64,000 nucleotides of DNA, from the IMG/VR virus record IMGVR_UViG_3300018475_000004, one strand, 5' to 3'. Shown here piece by piece: positions 1 through 12,125 of this stretch. The position numbers and the translations under genes were made by a program. The notes under the pieces are model-generated. The model saw only the letters and a program-made list of their open reading frames with translations, did not search any database and had not been told where the DNA came from. Source of the stretch: a virus. Taxonomy: Duplodnaviria > Heunggongvirae > Uroviricota > Caudoviricetes. Within the stretch, counting starts at the first letter, position 1. Each line of letters starts with the position of its first letter.

Positions 1-673
1 CACGCCAACAAGTATCATCATTCTACAAATAAAATTTAGAATAACGTTTGAAATAATTTTTTGTATCTTCATTTAATGGTAAATAAAGATTCAGCGAAAG
101 ATTAGGAGTATCAACACTTATTCCATGCTTTTGAATATAATTGATTTTCGTTTCAACGGGACCTCTAACAGCCGCATAAGTTTTATGCTTACCGTTTTCA
201 TCTTCCCAAGCAATTTCATAACGGCATCTTCTTATATCTCCACGAAAATAAGCTAATTCAGTTAAATCTTGTAATTGTACAATCCAATAAGTTCCTGTAC
301 CAACCCACTCAAAAACCGTTCCAGGAGCAAAGTTATATTCATAGCCCACTGAAATAATTTTATCATCATAATCCATTTTCAACTTATTCGGATTGATAAG
401 TGCGCGGATCGGCGTCCGATCGCTCGCATCTACAGGAATAACTTTTGCACCTTGATAAGAATACCAAACCGCATGGTCTAAAGAACGACGTTTATCTTTA
501 ATCATTCGCTCTTGCTATAGATTACCGCCAGCTTGTCCCATACGAGCTGATTGATGAAGAACTCCATCAACCCCACTCTTCTTTGGATCAAACTTTCTTT
601 TATCATAAACTCCTAATCGGCCTTTCATCAATCTAAAAGGGATTTGACTACTTAAATCATAACCTGATGCCAT
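1..673 (-). CDS. Virion neck/head-closure-like protein, 3' end runs off window (code 15)
   Basis: ATG at 673 with AGGAG RBS; open to window edge if TAG at 515-517 and 23-25 is read as Gln (GGNL*QERMIKDKRRSLD; KFYL*NDDTCWR); position downstream of capsid genes. Confidence 0.6.
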
Positions 674-968
674 GGTTTAGCTCCTACAATAAACTAATGC
701 ATTCAAACACAGTTTTGCGATATAGCTCAAATTCTGTTTCCTAGGTCTTTAATCCCTCTAATTTACATAACATCTGTAAAAATTGCGGGCCTGTAAAAAT
801 TTCATTCAGTCCCGCAATCTCAATAGTTACTGTATCTAATTGTTTCAGCCAATCTTCTTCGTGTTCGCGCATTGGAATTAGCTTCCATAATTGGTTGGTT
901 AAGCGACGAACATTTACTTCAATATCATACACACGAAATTCAAAACCATACTTAGTAATCAAGAGCAC
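657..968 (-). CDS. Hypothetical head-operon protein (code 15)
   Basis: ORF 741-968 continues through TAG 741-743 and 684-686 to TGA 657-659. Confidence 0.65.
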
Positions 969-1530
969 TAGTCTCCATTAAACTGCCCCAGTTGGAGGCA
1001 TATTTACCATCGGCCGTAAATTTACGACGCTTATATAGTCTTTGCATATGGAAAGAATCTCTTCGACTCTCTTCTAACAAAGCTAATAACTTAGATAAAT
1101 GATTAGCTTGAGAAGTCATTTTAAAATCGCTTCCACTATATTTCATACGAGTATTTTCAATTGAAGTTACTTGACGCTGAACCCAACCTTGTTTCATTAA
1201 AAGCGCCAAGATATTAATTTCCTCAGCAGTAAGTTCAACATTAAAATGTGAATTATCTACTAGGACTTTAGGAGTTTCTAATAATTCTCCATCTAAATTA
1301 CCCCAGATAGTACCTAAAATAAATTCATCAGGGGTTACATCACTTTCCAGCTTTTCTGTCAAATTAAGAGTATAATCATAAAGATTTTGTCTAGGAAATT
1401 CAAAACCCGGAATTGCATTAAGCAAAAGATTTTGTAAATCTCTTAATGTATCTTCTGGAGTGAGCTCTAGATAGAGGTCATCGGTAACTTGTCCAAGAAA
1501 GCGATTATAGACAGACGAAAATAATGTCAT
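952..1530 (-). CDS. Putative head-tail adaptor/neck protein
   Basis: 192 aa ORF, TAA stop; position after major capsid; helical C-terminus SIENTRMKYSGSDF. Confidence 0.55.
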   Translation of the reverse strand: MTLFSSVYNRFLGQVTDDLYLELTPEDTLRDLQNLLLNAIPGFEFPRQNLYDYTLNLTEKLESDVTPDEFILGTIWGNLDGELLETPKVLVDNSHFNVELTAEEINILALLMKQGWVQRQVTSIENTRMKYSGSDFKMTSQANHLSKLLALLEESRRDSFHMQRLYKRRKFTADGKYASNWGSLMETSALDY

Positions 1531-1552
1531 ATAATTGCCTCCTTATATTTTA

Positions 1553-2137
1553 TTATTCAGTAGCTTTATCAGCTGCTGGCTCTGTCTTAATAATATTGTA
1601 CTTAGGAGTAGTGGTACGACGACCAGGAGCGACTTCCTCAGTCTTCACTCTACGCTCAGTCTGCTTTAGGATGGTATTTCCACCATTCTCGTCTTCCTTC
1701 TCAGCTTCTCTGTTCTTTAGAGCAGCATCGACATCAAGACCAGTCTTATCTTTCAAAGCCTTTCTCTTACCCAAATCCATTAGAGGAATTTCCAAGCTCA
1801 ACTTCTTGATCAAATCAATAACTCCAGCTGGAGCAAAATCAAGAGCATCTAAGAAAGCATCTAAAGAACCAGTTCTAATCAAAGCAGCAACATCTGCTTC
1901 GCTCATATGATACTCAGGCTCAGTACGAATATTCAAATTTCTTAGAGCAACTTCGTCTTGAATCTGAAGGAACTGGGAAAGAATAACCATACCACCAGGC
2001 TGATAAGTTAGCTTTTCCAATTCAACATCGCTAACTTTCTTTACTTCGCCGGGAGCAAAACTTCTGCGGATTCCGTCTTCTGGAATCTTATAGGTGACCC
2101 AACTAGCACCTCTGTTCTTTACATTAAAAATAGCCAT
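1553..2137 (-). CDS. Hypothetical virion-operon protein
   Basis: 194 aa ORF with AGGAG RBS directly after capsid gene. Confidence 0.7.
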   Translation of the reverse strand: MAIFNVKNRGASWVTYKIPEDGIRRSFAPGEVKKVSDVELEKLTYQPGGMVILSQFLQIQDEVALRNLNIRTEPEYHMSEADVAALIRTGSLDAFLDALDFAPAGVIDLIKKLSLEIPLMDLGKRKALKDKTGLDVDAALKNREAEKEDENGGNTILKQTERRVKTEEVAPGRRTTTPKYNIIKTEPAADKATE

Positions 2138-2162
2138 TGTATTATCTCCTTTTTCTCATAAT

Positions 2163-2201
2163 AAAAAATAGGGGGAAGTGGGGATATCCCCTCTTCCCCC
2201 T
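2163..2201 (-). terminator. Rho-independent terminator after major capsid gene
   Basis: GGGGGAAG-TGGGGA-TA-TCCCC-T-CTTCCCCC hairpin followed on minus strand by a T-tract. Confidence 0.7.
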
Positions 2202-2225
2202 CTAAACTAATTATTTTATATTAAA

Positions 2226-3365
2226 TTAAACCTTTGGGAACTCGTAGTTAGGATTGTAAGTGGACTCAGCATAAGCCTTAACTTCACTTACATAAGCAGT
2301 GCTATCCCAAACAGAGCCAGCAATATCCATCTGACCCAACAAGCTAGCATCAGCGTAAGCGCAGATGTTGTTAGCCAACATAGCTAGAACGCCGACCTTC
2401 TTATAGACGTGAATATCACGAGAACGGTCATAGTTATTGAACTCGTCAACAATGGTATTACCCTCGAAAGCAATCTTCACAGGCTTGGTGTCAGCACCAG
2501 CGGGGATGATGTAGCAGTAACCAGGATTGATTACCTTGCGCATATTGGTCTCATCCTCTAAGCCCTGGGGTAGAATAACAACCTTACGTCCCTTGTAAGT
2601 AGCCAAGTGACCAGTATCCCACAACTGCTGCTTCATGGACTCAGTGTATCTCCAACCCTCGGTAGGAACCATCTTTACGGCAAACTCGTAAGTGCAGTAA
2701 ATGGTAGGCTCACCGTAAGCAGAAGCGATAACCAACAAGCGATCGAATTCCTGCTCGTCGAAACCATTAACAACAGCGATATTAGCAGGAGGCAACTGAT
2801 TGATAGAAGCAGCTAGTGCATGACCAACTTCCTTCATGATCAACTCGTTCATGCCTTCCATGACGATATTAGTTACTTCAGCGAAGTCAACACGTCCATC
2901 CAAGAACTCTTCGAAGCCGATCTGAGCAGCTCCACCGATGGCGCTAGTGCGGACTTCGAAGCTCTCTTCTTCACTAGGACCTAGCTTGAAGACTTCGTAA
3001 ATACCTGCTAGACCAACGCGAGTTACGAACTGCTTAGCGCGCTGACGAACGTCTCTCTTACGACGGAAAATAGGCTTGTCGCCCTGAGCGAACTGCTTGG
3101 TCTCAGCAAACTGCATATAAGCCTGCTCAACCTTCTTAGGCAGAACCTCGTCCATAGTCTCTTCGATAACTGCGAAGATCAGGTGCTTGTTCTCACGATA
3201 CAAAGCGTAAGTACCAGCAATCTCATTGAATTCACGGCGTAGAGTCTCATTTAGAGTCTCATAGTTAAAACTTTCGCCATTGAAGCTGTAAGAAACAGGA
3301 GCAGAAGGGTCAGCTTTTGCTACAGTCTTTGCCAGCTGTACTAAATTTTTCTTATCTAAAGCCAT
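2226..3365 (-). CDS. Major capsid protein (probable HK97 fold)
   Basis: 379 aa, strongly biased codons, follows scaffold and decoration-like genes, followed by terminator; no TAG. Confidence 0.75.
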   Translation of the reverse strand: MALDKKNLVQLAKTVAKADPSAPVSYSFNGESFNYETLNETLRREFNEIAGTYALYRENKHLIFAVIEETMDEVLPKKVEQAYMQFAETKQFAQGDKPIFRRKRDVRQRAKQFVTRVGLAGIYEVFKLGPSEEESFEVRTSAIGGAAQIGFEEFLDGRVDFAEVTNIVMEGMNELIMKEVGHALAASINQLPPANIAVVNGFDEQEFDRLLVIASAYGEPTIYCTYEFAVKMVPTEGWRYTESMKQQLWDTGHLATYKGRKVVILPQGLEDETNMRKVINPGYCYIIPAGADTKPVKIAFEGNTIVDEFNNYDRSRDIHVYKKVGVLAMLANNICAYADASLLGQMDIAGSVWDSTAYVSEVKAYAESTYNPNYEFPKV

Positions 3366-3384
3366 TATACTTCTCTCCTTTCAA

Positions 3385-4203
3385 TTACTTAATTCTAATA
3401 ACCTTGACACCAGGCTGGTGGTCAGGCATAGTGTAAACCTTAGCAACCTGCCATACCATATCGCCAGAAGCATCAGCAACAGGCTCTAAGATACCATCGG
3501 CAGCACGAGGAGCCAATAGATCGAACTCCTTCAAAGAGCCGGGTTCAGCATGGATTAGGTTGGTAGTGTAGTGGTCACCAACATTAGTCTTGAATACACG
3601 AGGAACCATAGTAGTACCTGCGGGCATCATCTTCTCCTGGTAATCACGCAACTTCATGAACAATCTCTTACGAGCGTCTCCCTCGATTTCAGGATTGTTG
3701 ATGTCGTTCATCTCATAGTAGTCATGTACGCTAGAAATAACGCTGTAATCAGCAACTTCGCCAGTCTCAGGATTCTTGATTTCATCCAACTGCTCGAAAG
3801 CGCCGGTAGTAGGATTATAACGCTCTCTTACGCCGTTCATGAAACGGGTAGGACCGTACATCTCCTCAGGCTTGGTGTGATCCAATGGGCTATAAACACG
3901 AGCCTGATAATTGTCTTTTAACATTGCGAACTCGCAATCTAACTGATGCTCACGATACAACTTGATTTCGTTATAAACAAGCATCCACTCGCCTGCACCA
4001 GTAAAGTTTACAAGGCCAGCTGCATAGTCATACTTAACAAACTGTCCCTGCTCTAGAACCTTAATAGCAGGATCAGCAGGCAACTGAGCATAAATCTGAG
4101 CAGTTCTCTGAGCGCTTAGGTGGTTGGGTTCAACCTGACCGTAGCCGACTTCTACGAACTCTGCCTGAGACTTAATATGCTTCTTCAATAATTCTCTAAG
4201 CAT
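3385..4203 (-). CDS. Putative capsid decoration/structural protein
   Basis: 272 aa between scaffold and major capsid; VEPNHLSAQRTAQIYAQLP motif; biased codons. Confidence 0.55.
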   Translation of the reverse strand: MLRELLKKHIKSQAEFVEVGYGQVEPNHLSAQRTAQIYAQLPADPAIKVLEQGQFVKYDYAAGLVNFTGAGEWMLVYNEIKLYREHQLDCEFAMLKDNYQARVYSPLDHTKPEEMYGPTRFMNGVRERYNPTTGAFEQLDEIKNPETGEVADYSVISSVHDYYEMNDINNPEIEGDARKRLFMKLRDYQEKMMPAGTTMVPRVFKTNVGDHYTTNLIHAEPGSLKEFDLLAPRAADGILEPVADASGDMVWQVAKVYTMPDHQPGVKVIRIK

Positions 4204-4230
4204 TTCTATTTTCCTCCTTATTAGTTTTTA

Positions 4231-5757
4231 TTACATTTCACTCGCAACAGAACGCAAGGCTTTAATCCAAGCGGGAACAGTCTCGTCCGCAGGAACTCCA
4301 CCATCCAAATTATAGGTGGTTACGCCATTGTTCTTATCATCATCAAGGTTGAAACTGACCTTGTTGCGAACACAAATAATTGATAGCTTAGCTTCAATAT
4401 CATCCAGAGAATAAGTATCGATGTTCTCAATAACATCCTTCTTGTCATCATCAGACAGCATATAGAAACTGTCAATCATTTTCTCTTTTTCTGCCTTTTC
4501 AATGGACTTCTTAAATGCAGTCAACTCACCAATCTGAGCTTCTAGGTCAGCGATTTTTTCCTGAGCAGCATTATAATTAGTCTCCAAGTCAGAATATTTG
4601 GAGCTTAGCTCTACATATTCTTGAATTTCATCAAGATTGTATTTTTCTTTCTTGCCCTTTTTCTTTTTATCGTCGTCATCTTCGTCTTCGCATTCACACT
4701 CAGACTTAGGCTTGCCGCACTTAGGGCACTTTTCTTCCTCGCCTTCGCCATCTTTCTTTTCAGGCTCGTCATCATCTTCATCCTTCTTGGCGGCCTTCTT
4801 AGACTTGGCATATTCATCAACAGCGACAGGATCAAACTGAGGCTCTTCAGATGGAGTATACTCTTCCATCAAAACAGGTTCAGCAGCGAACTCAATTACG
4901 CCGTCTTCAGCGATGGAGAAATCTAAACGGTAATACTTATCATCGGCAGTAACAACAGCGAACTTCTGCTCACCATCTTCACATACGCTCTCAATAACGT
5001 AAGCATCTTCAACGCGACTATAAAGAGCGGTCCATAAAGCGTCACCGATTTCAACAGCATATCTAGTAAACACTTTTTCTCCTCCTTTATTCAAATATTC
5101 TTTCAATTCGTTCATCATAGAGAATAGTTGCTCTTTAAAGCCATCTTCAAAAGCGAATTGAATGGTAGGTGCAGTAATGTTGGCACCCTCGAAGCAGGGT
5201 TCATTACTTTCACCAAGAGTACAAAGTTTTGAAATAATTGCTTCATTGATAATAAAGAATTTGGGATCTCCATTACCATCTTTTGACCAATGAGCATCTA
5301 ATGTACCTTCATCCAATTCCATGGATTGATTATTTCCATGTGCCAGGATTCTGCGGCACTCTGGATATTGGCCGGTCCATAACCAGCCCTCAGTCATCAT
5401 ATACTCTCGCTCAGTCATTCCATCATCCAAGAACTTTTGGAACCAAACTTTCGCACTCAAATCAACGAAACCGTATGGGCGAGTAGTATCCTTGATCTCG
5501 AACTTTCCATTGGAAATATCAATGATACGATTGTGCTCCTCAAAGTCGCCCTTATCTTCATTATAAAAACCAACGATAGGGCATCCTGGCAATGAATTAG
5601 CCATTTGCTTTGCAACTTCTTTGGTGATGATACTACGGTTACGATTTGGTTCATCGCTTACGTAGCACACCTTAATCTGACATTTAGAAATCAAAGGATT
5701 GAGAGGAGTAATGTTGATAAACTCAACAGGTGTATCTAACTTAATACTTGTATGCAT
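4231..5757 (-). CDS. Prohead protease/scaffold protein
   Basis: 508 aa between portal and capsid; N-terminal protease-like region (QSMEL, PCFEGA), acidic/lysine-rich linker, C-terminal coiled coil. Confidence 0.65.
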   Translation of the reverse strand: MHTSIKLDTPVEFINITPLNPLISKCQIKVCYVSDEPNRNRSIITKEVAKQMANSLPGCPIVGFYNEDKGDFEEHNRIIDISNGKFEIKDTTRPYGFVDLSAKVWFQKFLDDGMTEREYMMTEGWLWTGQYPECRRILAHGNNQSMELDEGTLDAHWSKDGNGDPKFFIINEAIISKLCTLGESNEPCFEGANITAPTIQFAFEDGFKEQLFSMMNELKEYLNKGGEKVFTRYAVEIGDALWTALYSRVEDAYVIESVCEDGEQKFAVVTADDKYYRLDFSIAEDGVIEFAAEPVLMEEYTPSEEPQFDPVAVDEYAKSKKAAKKDEDDDEPEKKDGEGEEEKCPKCGKPKSECECEDEDDDDKKKKGKKEKYNLDEIQEYVELSSKYSDLETNYNAAQEKIADLEAQIGELTAFKKSIEKAEKEKMIDSFYMLSDDDKKDVIENIDTYSLDDIEAKLSIICVRNKVSFNLDDDKNNGVTTYNLDGGVPADETVPAWIKALRSVASEM

Positions 5758-5768
5758 CTTGCTCCTCC

Positions 5769-7367
5769 TTAGCTCATAGATTCTTTATTTTGGATAGTCT
5801 TATCGCTCTTTTGATTGTCTGGTTTCTCCGGTCGGCCCGCAGACTTCTCAGAAGACTATCCTCCTGATTTAGTTTGAGTTTTGTTAGTTTGAGTTTGATT
5901 AGAATTGCCCTTTAAGTCTTGCATATTCATAGTAGAAGACATCAGCGGAGGAATCATAACTTCACTCAAATGTAAAACTTCATTTTCAAAGTAAGCAGTA
6001 TTCAAGATAGCACTCTGAGAATGGCCTAAAGCAATTTGAGGCAACATCTTAGAATATCCTAACTGAACACATTCTTTATACATCTTAGACAACTCTTTGT
6101 AGTTATACTGAGTAGTCTCAAGCATATAGAATCTAAAATTGTATTTCTTTTTATTCGCACCAAAATTCTGTGTTAGTCTATCAAAGAAAACACCAAATTG
6201 TAGCAACAAGGTGCGGACCGCACCTTCATCATTTAGCACAGATAAATTCATTGCTAAATTACTATCAGAGTTAAATAAACTTTGCGGAACACCAAAAGCA
6301 TTATATACACTACGCTCAACTTTCATCAAGTCATCTTGAGTAGTAGTAGTATTCTTATCAGACATATCAATACTTTCAATATCAGCGAAAGTAGTCAATA
6401 CGTCAACACCAACCGCACGCTTCAACATCTAAACAGCATTATTATGAATATCTCTTGCTTCATCGACGTCAAAAATCAAATCACCATTTTTATCTAATGG
6501 GAGTTTCTGAACTACAATTTTCAATAACTTTTGCATTTGCTTTCTACGATCCAAATCCTGAGCCGCATCCAAATCCAAAATAAGAGGAATCGCATTGATA
6601 AATAATGGTAAATCGACACCGCCGAATCCACCATTACTAAAACTAAATTTCACGGTTTTCTCTGGGTCCAACAAATACCAACCACTATCTCTATCCCATG
6701 GACTTTCAGGAAGTAACTTACCACTCTTGTAAGCAGCATATCCCTTCTTGAACTCTTCTGGGAACAAATTCAATACTTTCATTCTGTATCCAGTATCTGG
6801 GAACATAACATCAAAAAACTTCATATTGAACTCAACAGTTGGTAAATTATTCAAACTAAAACGAGAACGGCAATAATTTACAGGCAACTCTTGAATAATA
6901 ATTCCTTTTGAGGTGGGAACGATATATCCATAATAAGCGCCATTCTTGATAACGCCAAGAGCCATATCACCGCAAACTTTTTTGACATATGAATTATCTA
7001 AGAAGTTCAAGACCTTATGGAAATCTCCAACAATCTTTTCTTCTTTGATACTTTCATCGTATACTTCTGGAACAACATACCAATCATAACGATACATAGT
7101 AGCGAAATAATTACATACTCTTTGATAGATACCGCTGGTCTTATAGAAGTAATTAGAAATCTCTCTTAACTTCTCAACATCATTATCCGCAAGCGCACGA
7201 TAAATAACGCCTTTATTGATGATGTTTCTAGTTTCCTTTTGAATTGAACCTAAATTCAAAACGGCATCTTCAAGTGTTTTAGTTCCAATTTTAATTTTAC
7301 CATAGGTAGTTCCACCCATGTCAAAACCTTTGGCACGAATTTCTTCTTGTCTAGTTAACTTATCCAA
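5769..7367 (-). CDS. Portal protein (code 15, 532 aa)
   Basis: ORFs 6429-7367 and 5856-6428 are in frame, separated by TAG 6429-6431; TAG 5856-5858 read through to AGRPEKPDNQKSDKTIQNKESMS-TAA; position terminase-portal-protease-capsid. Confidence 0.8.
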
Positions 7368-7381
7368 AACTCCACCTCCTT

Positions 7382-7738
7382 TTAATATCCTGCTAATTTC
7401 ATGATATAGTCATAAGAGATCAAGTTTTCATCTGTATATGGTATTTCAATTAAACGAAAATCATGTAAAGCACAAAAGCGTCGCTTTTGATTATCATTGT
7501 ATTGCTGTTGATAAAATCCTTTTTTACCACCGAACTTCGCACTTGGTTCATAGTGCTGTTTTCCTTGATATTCAATAATAAAATCAATTTTACCATCATC
7601 ATCAAAAACGACAAAATCAAATCTTAAAGGGCGACCATTGGGGCTCTTTAAGTCAGGGAAGATATATTCCATCTTAAAAGTAAGCTCAGCTTCTTTTAAG
7701 ATTTCTTCAATCTTAATCTCACCGCGAGATGCTCTCAT
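7382..7738 (-). CDS. Small endonuclease-like protein (Vsr/DUF559-like fold)
   Basis: SRGE..I..IL, LRFDF, IEYQGKQHY, LIEIPY motifs. Confidence 0.55.
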   Translation of the reverse strand: MRASRGEIKIEEILKEAELTFKMEYIFPDLKSPNGRPLRFDFVVFDDDGKIDFIIEYQGKQHYEPSAKFGGKKGFYQQQYNDNQKRRFCALHDFRLIEIPYTDENLISYDYIMKLAGY

Positions 7739-7749
7739 GTCAACCCTCC

Positions 7750-9489
7750 TTAATTATAAAACGCCCAATCAGCAGCGTTAAATCTCTTTTTCTTCTTCTT
7801 TTTATCTTCTTCTTGTTTTATATAATACAAACCATATTCAAACGCAGAAAACTTATCCTTCCTAATTCCACGATTTGCTTGTTTCAAAATGATATTTATG
7901 CCTTCATTTTCTTCACGCAAATTCATCATTTCCTCTTTCAATATGGAAGTTAGGGTAAATGGTTGAAGGTATTCTGCCCTTTCCTCAGGCTTCATTTTCT
8001 AACCTTTTGCGGTTCCCAGTAATTTTTCTCTTGCTGTTCTTTCATCAATCAAGAATTTTACCTTACCGGCCGCAAGTTGGCTTTGTGCGTTTGCGTGACA
8101 CTCTGTATTGATTGGCGCATTTGCCTTGATAATATACATAGCATCATATTCAGTATTAGCTGTTCTATACTTTTTATAATAACCTTCATCGTCGTTTTGA
8201 ACGCCAAAGTCAGGATAGAAGTCTCCATTTTCATCATTCTAAGATTTAATCATATAATCAATTAGACCCAAACCAACACCATTACCGTCGATTACGAGAG
8301 TTCTAGCTTTATACTTATAGAACAGTTTTTTCAGCTTAATTGCTTGATCTTCAAAGTGTTCATCAGCCATTGTATAAATATTTACCAAAGACTTGATAGC
8401 AGGGCCTTGCGCCTGCGGCGTCACCTTGAATACACAAACAACAGAATCACATCCCTTACGACCTACGTCGACTGATAGCACATAATAAGCGCCGGCCGCA
8501 GACCTTCCGGAATGTTCATATTCAGGTTGTAATAATTTTCTATTACGAGTAAAATGTTCTCCATTGAAGAATGCATCTTCAACAGTACCAGACCACTTAG
8601 ACTCATACTCACGCTCGAAAGAGGCTTCATTATAAGTACCTTCATTCTTCTGGTCGGTAATGAATGTTTTACTCTGTAATCCCATTGCCACTGGCGTTCT
8701 CCAAGTACCACCAAGCACAATACAGCGATCGGGCTGAGTGACCATACGAACCAAGAAACCAATCAATCTATCATATGGATAAGTTCCTTTATATCCAGCA
8801 GTTGTAATATAAATCTGAGATTTATTCAAAGGTTCTTTTTCATTAGTAGTACCATCTTTCGCACGACGAGAGATAGCCATAACAGGGATAATAACTTCGC
8901 GAAGGATTTGGTCATCAATACCAACACATTCCTCCATTACGCCGCCATGACGACGCTGACCACGCGTAGATTCACGGGCCGCAAGGTTATCCAGAACAGA
9001 ACCATTCTTAAATACATATCGGACTTTATCTTTACCAGTTAAAGTCTTACCTCGTCCCCAGTCAATTTCTCTTTCAAAGCTGGGAATCAATTTACAAATT
9101 TCTTCTACTTTACTTTGTAGAATAGAAGCACCCTGCTCCTTACCACCAGAAGTGACAAACAAGTGAGCATTGGGATATAAAATACAACGGCACATCAATG
9201 CCATAACAGTCAAGAAAGATTTAGAATATGCACGAGGAAAAACCGCATACACATACTAATATCTCATAACGCAACGAAGGAAAACTCTTTGATAGAAATA
9301 AAAACAGAATTCTCCATCTTTTACTTCGGTACTAGTTCCACGTACCATAAAGTCAACGAATAAATCAGGATATTCTCTCCAAAAGGCTATGTACTTTCGT
9401 ATTGTAGGCATAACAGCCTCAACACGTTCCGGAGAAAGACCAATCTTTCTCCGGGATGTTGATAAATCAAGTAAATCTTGTAAAGCCAT
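7750..9489 (-). CDS. Terminase large subunit (code 15, 579 aa)
   Basis: One frame through TAGs at 9256-9258, 8239-8241, 7999-8001; FPRAYSKSF Walker-A-like, VMEEC Walker-B, SVDVGRKG RNase-H-like nuclease and DKFSAFEYG motifs. Confidence 0.88.
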
Positions 9490-10688
9490 TACCGTCTACC
9501 TCGATTCAAGTAATCAGAGTCAGCTTCAGCTTCTTCATCTAAGAAGTCTTGGAAATCCACATAATCTTGATCTTTCAAGGTCTTTTCCAAATCCTCAAGA
9601 CTCAAATCAATATCATCGATAATTGTATCTTCAGTATTTTCAGCTTCAGCCTTATCTTCTTTCTCAATATCACGTAGAGCCTTTTCAACCATGATTGACA
9701 AATTGGTTTCTTCTTCAACCAGAGTTTTAGTATATCTCTGCATATCCGCAATTGTCATATCAACTCTATCTTTTGGAGATTCAATATAATATCTTTCAAT
9801 ATATCCTTGTTTTTCGCACATTTCAATTAGTTCGCCAATTGAATCAACGAAGTCACCACTTTCAGCTTTATTCTGTTGTGCGGTGAACTTACCAGACTTC
9901 ATCAAACTATCATAAACTTTGCTCATCTTTTGGAAGCCTTCAATATCGCCAATGTCGATTAATTGATTCGCCTTTAGAGATGTCTTACATACCAATTTTA
10001 GTGTATCGATGTGTCCGGCACCTTGAATATCATATGATGCCATCATTTCTTCATATAGCTGTTCTAATCGAACCCATTCTTCGGGTTTATAAGTTTTTCC
10101 CCATTTCAAACGCAAATAGGTTTTATCCTCTTCAGTCAAATCATCAACAAAGTCATCTTGACCACCATTTTGCTCTGAAAAATAATCTTCTTCACCAGAT
10201 GCCAAGAATGGATTAGGTTCTTCATACTTTGGTTGTTCGATGATGCCCTGCGGGACGGGGACAGTCGCCTGAGCGACAGCTTGAGCGATTTCAACTGCGT
10301 CATATCCTTGACGCTTCATCGTCTCTTCAATTTTCTTATTCGCAACTTCTTGAAGATGCTCGGTGTGTTCCCAGCGATAATCTCGGAATTGCTTCAATTT
10401 CATTTTTGATAGATATCTACCAATAATTGACAGACCAGTCAGTTTACTGCGGTCTTTACCATATGATGCCAATAATTTATTCCATTCTTCTGGAATATAT
10501 GGAACATCGCATTCTTGTAAAATCCATAAATAAGTATCCGGATTGAAATTGTCTACGTGCATTGTCATACATTTCTTACAAATGCGCAATTTACCATCAG
10601 GATATTTTTCTAAATTATTAGTACCGTAGAACTGGTCGGCCGCCATTGTTCTATTACATTTTTCACAGTAATAAGATTCTTGGGCCAT
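9489..10688 (-). CDS. Conserved packaging-region protein with N-terminal Zn finger (possible terminase small subunit)
   Basis: 399 aa, CxxC...CxxC, stop overlaps terminase start (TAATG). Confidence 0.5.
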   Translation of the reverse strand: MAQESYYCEKCNRTMAADQFYGTNNLEKYPDGKLRICKKCMTMHVDNFNPDTYLWILQECDVPYIPEEWNKLLASYGKDRSKLTGLSIIGRYLSKMKLKQFRDYRWEHTEHLQEVANKKIEETMKRQGYDAVEIAQAVAQATVPVPQGIIEQPKYEEPNPFLASGEEDYFSEQNGGQDDFVDDLTEEDKTYLRLKWGKTYKPEEWVRLEQLYEEMMASYDIQGAGHIDTLKLVCKTSLKANQLIDIGDIEGFQKMSKVYDSLMKSGKFTAQQNKAESGDFVDSIGELIEMCEKQGYIERYYIESPKDRVDMTIADMQRYTKTLVEEETNLSIMVEKALRDIEKEDKAEAENTEDTIIDDIDLSLEDLEKTLKDQDYVDFQDFLDEEAEADSDYLNRGRR

Positions 10689-10732
10689 ATATAAATTCCT
10701 CCTTTACAAAATATGAAAATAGCAGCGAGGAA

Positions 10733-11785
10733 TTACACGCTTTTGGCCTTCGCATTTCTACAGCATTTGCAAATGCTATAAAAACCATCTCGGCTTGTCT
10801 TATTTTTACTAAAGTATTTATTGTGAGCTAATTTGACTTGCCCGCAACGACTGCACTTTTTGTATTTGCCCTTCATTTCATTCATGAAGTACCAATTTAA
10901 GAGTCTATCTTCCGCCTCGGACGCAATGATCTTTGGAATTTTATTACGCCATAAACTTGAGATATATTCCAAACTATGCTTGATCCCAAACTCCATTTGG
11001 ATTTTTTCTTGAATATCAATATTTTGTAATCCATCAATTTTATACTCAACAATTCGTTCATACAATGGATAATTTTTCAAAGCAGCATCCGCAACTCTGT
11101 CAAAGTCATCCATCAAGTACCATAAATCTTTTTCAAACTCTCCCCAACTTTCTTGTTTACATAAGGAGTAGTTACAAAGAATTGCTGAGACTACTTTTGG
11201 ATTACATAAAGAAACACCCTCTGGAACAATATAGCCTTCGTCATCAAACCAGAAATCATCATCTAAAGGAATATCGTGTCTTGAACGAGTGATTTTAGTT
11301 GGTACAATTGGTTTACGATAAGCGTTCTTCAAAACATATTGATCTTTTCGCAATTCAATAATTGTACTCTTAATAATAAATGCTTCTCGCCCGGAGGCAC
11401 TCTTTAATTTTGTTTCCCACATTTTGATGGCGTCGCGCAATTGCTACATACCGGGTATTTCTTCTACATCTTGTTTAGTTATCATTACTTTTGGCTGGAA
11501 AATCGTATTCTTATTATTAGTTATCATATTATAAATGCCGTCTTCGCCATTCTCTAGCTGGGAAACAAGACCTTCATAAGAAGTTTCTCGCTTATTGACT
11601 GTAGCCATACGGTTATCAGTTAATAGTTTGCGCTCCTTTTTCTCTTGTTTCTCCATACAGAGAACTAGATAATCAGCTAAAGTTTCTAGATACGCCTCTG
11701 AGGGATTAGGGGTTTCAGCTAGAATTTTTTCAACCAATTCTCTTCTCTCTTCTGGAGATTCTAAAGTATAATCTAATTTCAACAT
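10733..11785 (-). CDS. Putative transcription regulator with helical domain and C-terminal Zn finger (code 15, 350 aa)
   Basis: ORFs 11444-11785 and 10733-11440 join through TAG 11444-11446 (EEIPGM*QLRDAIK); C-terminal CSRC...CKCC. Confidence 0.6.
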
Positions 11786-12125
11786 GATTATCTTACCTCC
11801 AGTCTCATTGATATTATTATACCAGAAAAATTTTTCATTGTCAAGTTTTTCCGGAAAAATTTTGACACTTTTTATTTATGAAAGAGAATATTTTTTGATA
11901 AACAGGTTTTGACCTCGGACAAGAAACTTGACAAAGAAAAAATTTTTTGATATAATAATTATAAGAAAATAATAAAAGGAGTGTAAGAGTGGAGATTACA
12001 ATAATCTTATGGATGTTTATAACGGTCGCCGCAACGGCTTTTTATTTTTGGACTTCAAGAGTGCCAAAAAATACCTACGATAATCTTAGTGTAACTTCTG
12101 AGTATACTCCGAAGGAAGGATATAT

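Noticed and set aside
5769-9489. Portal and terminase as fragmented pseudogenes or frameshifted genes
   Set aside because: All fragments are in one frame, separated only by TAG, and a CUA tRNA is present; recoding explains them.
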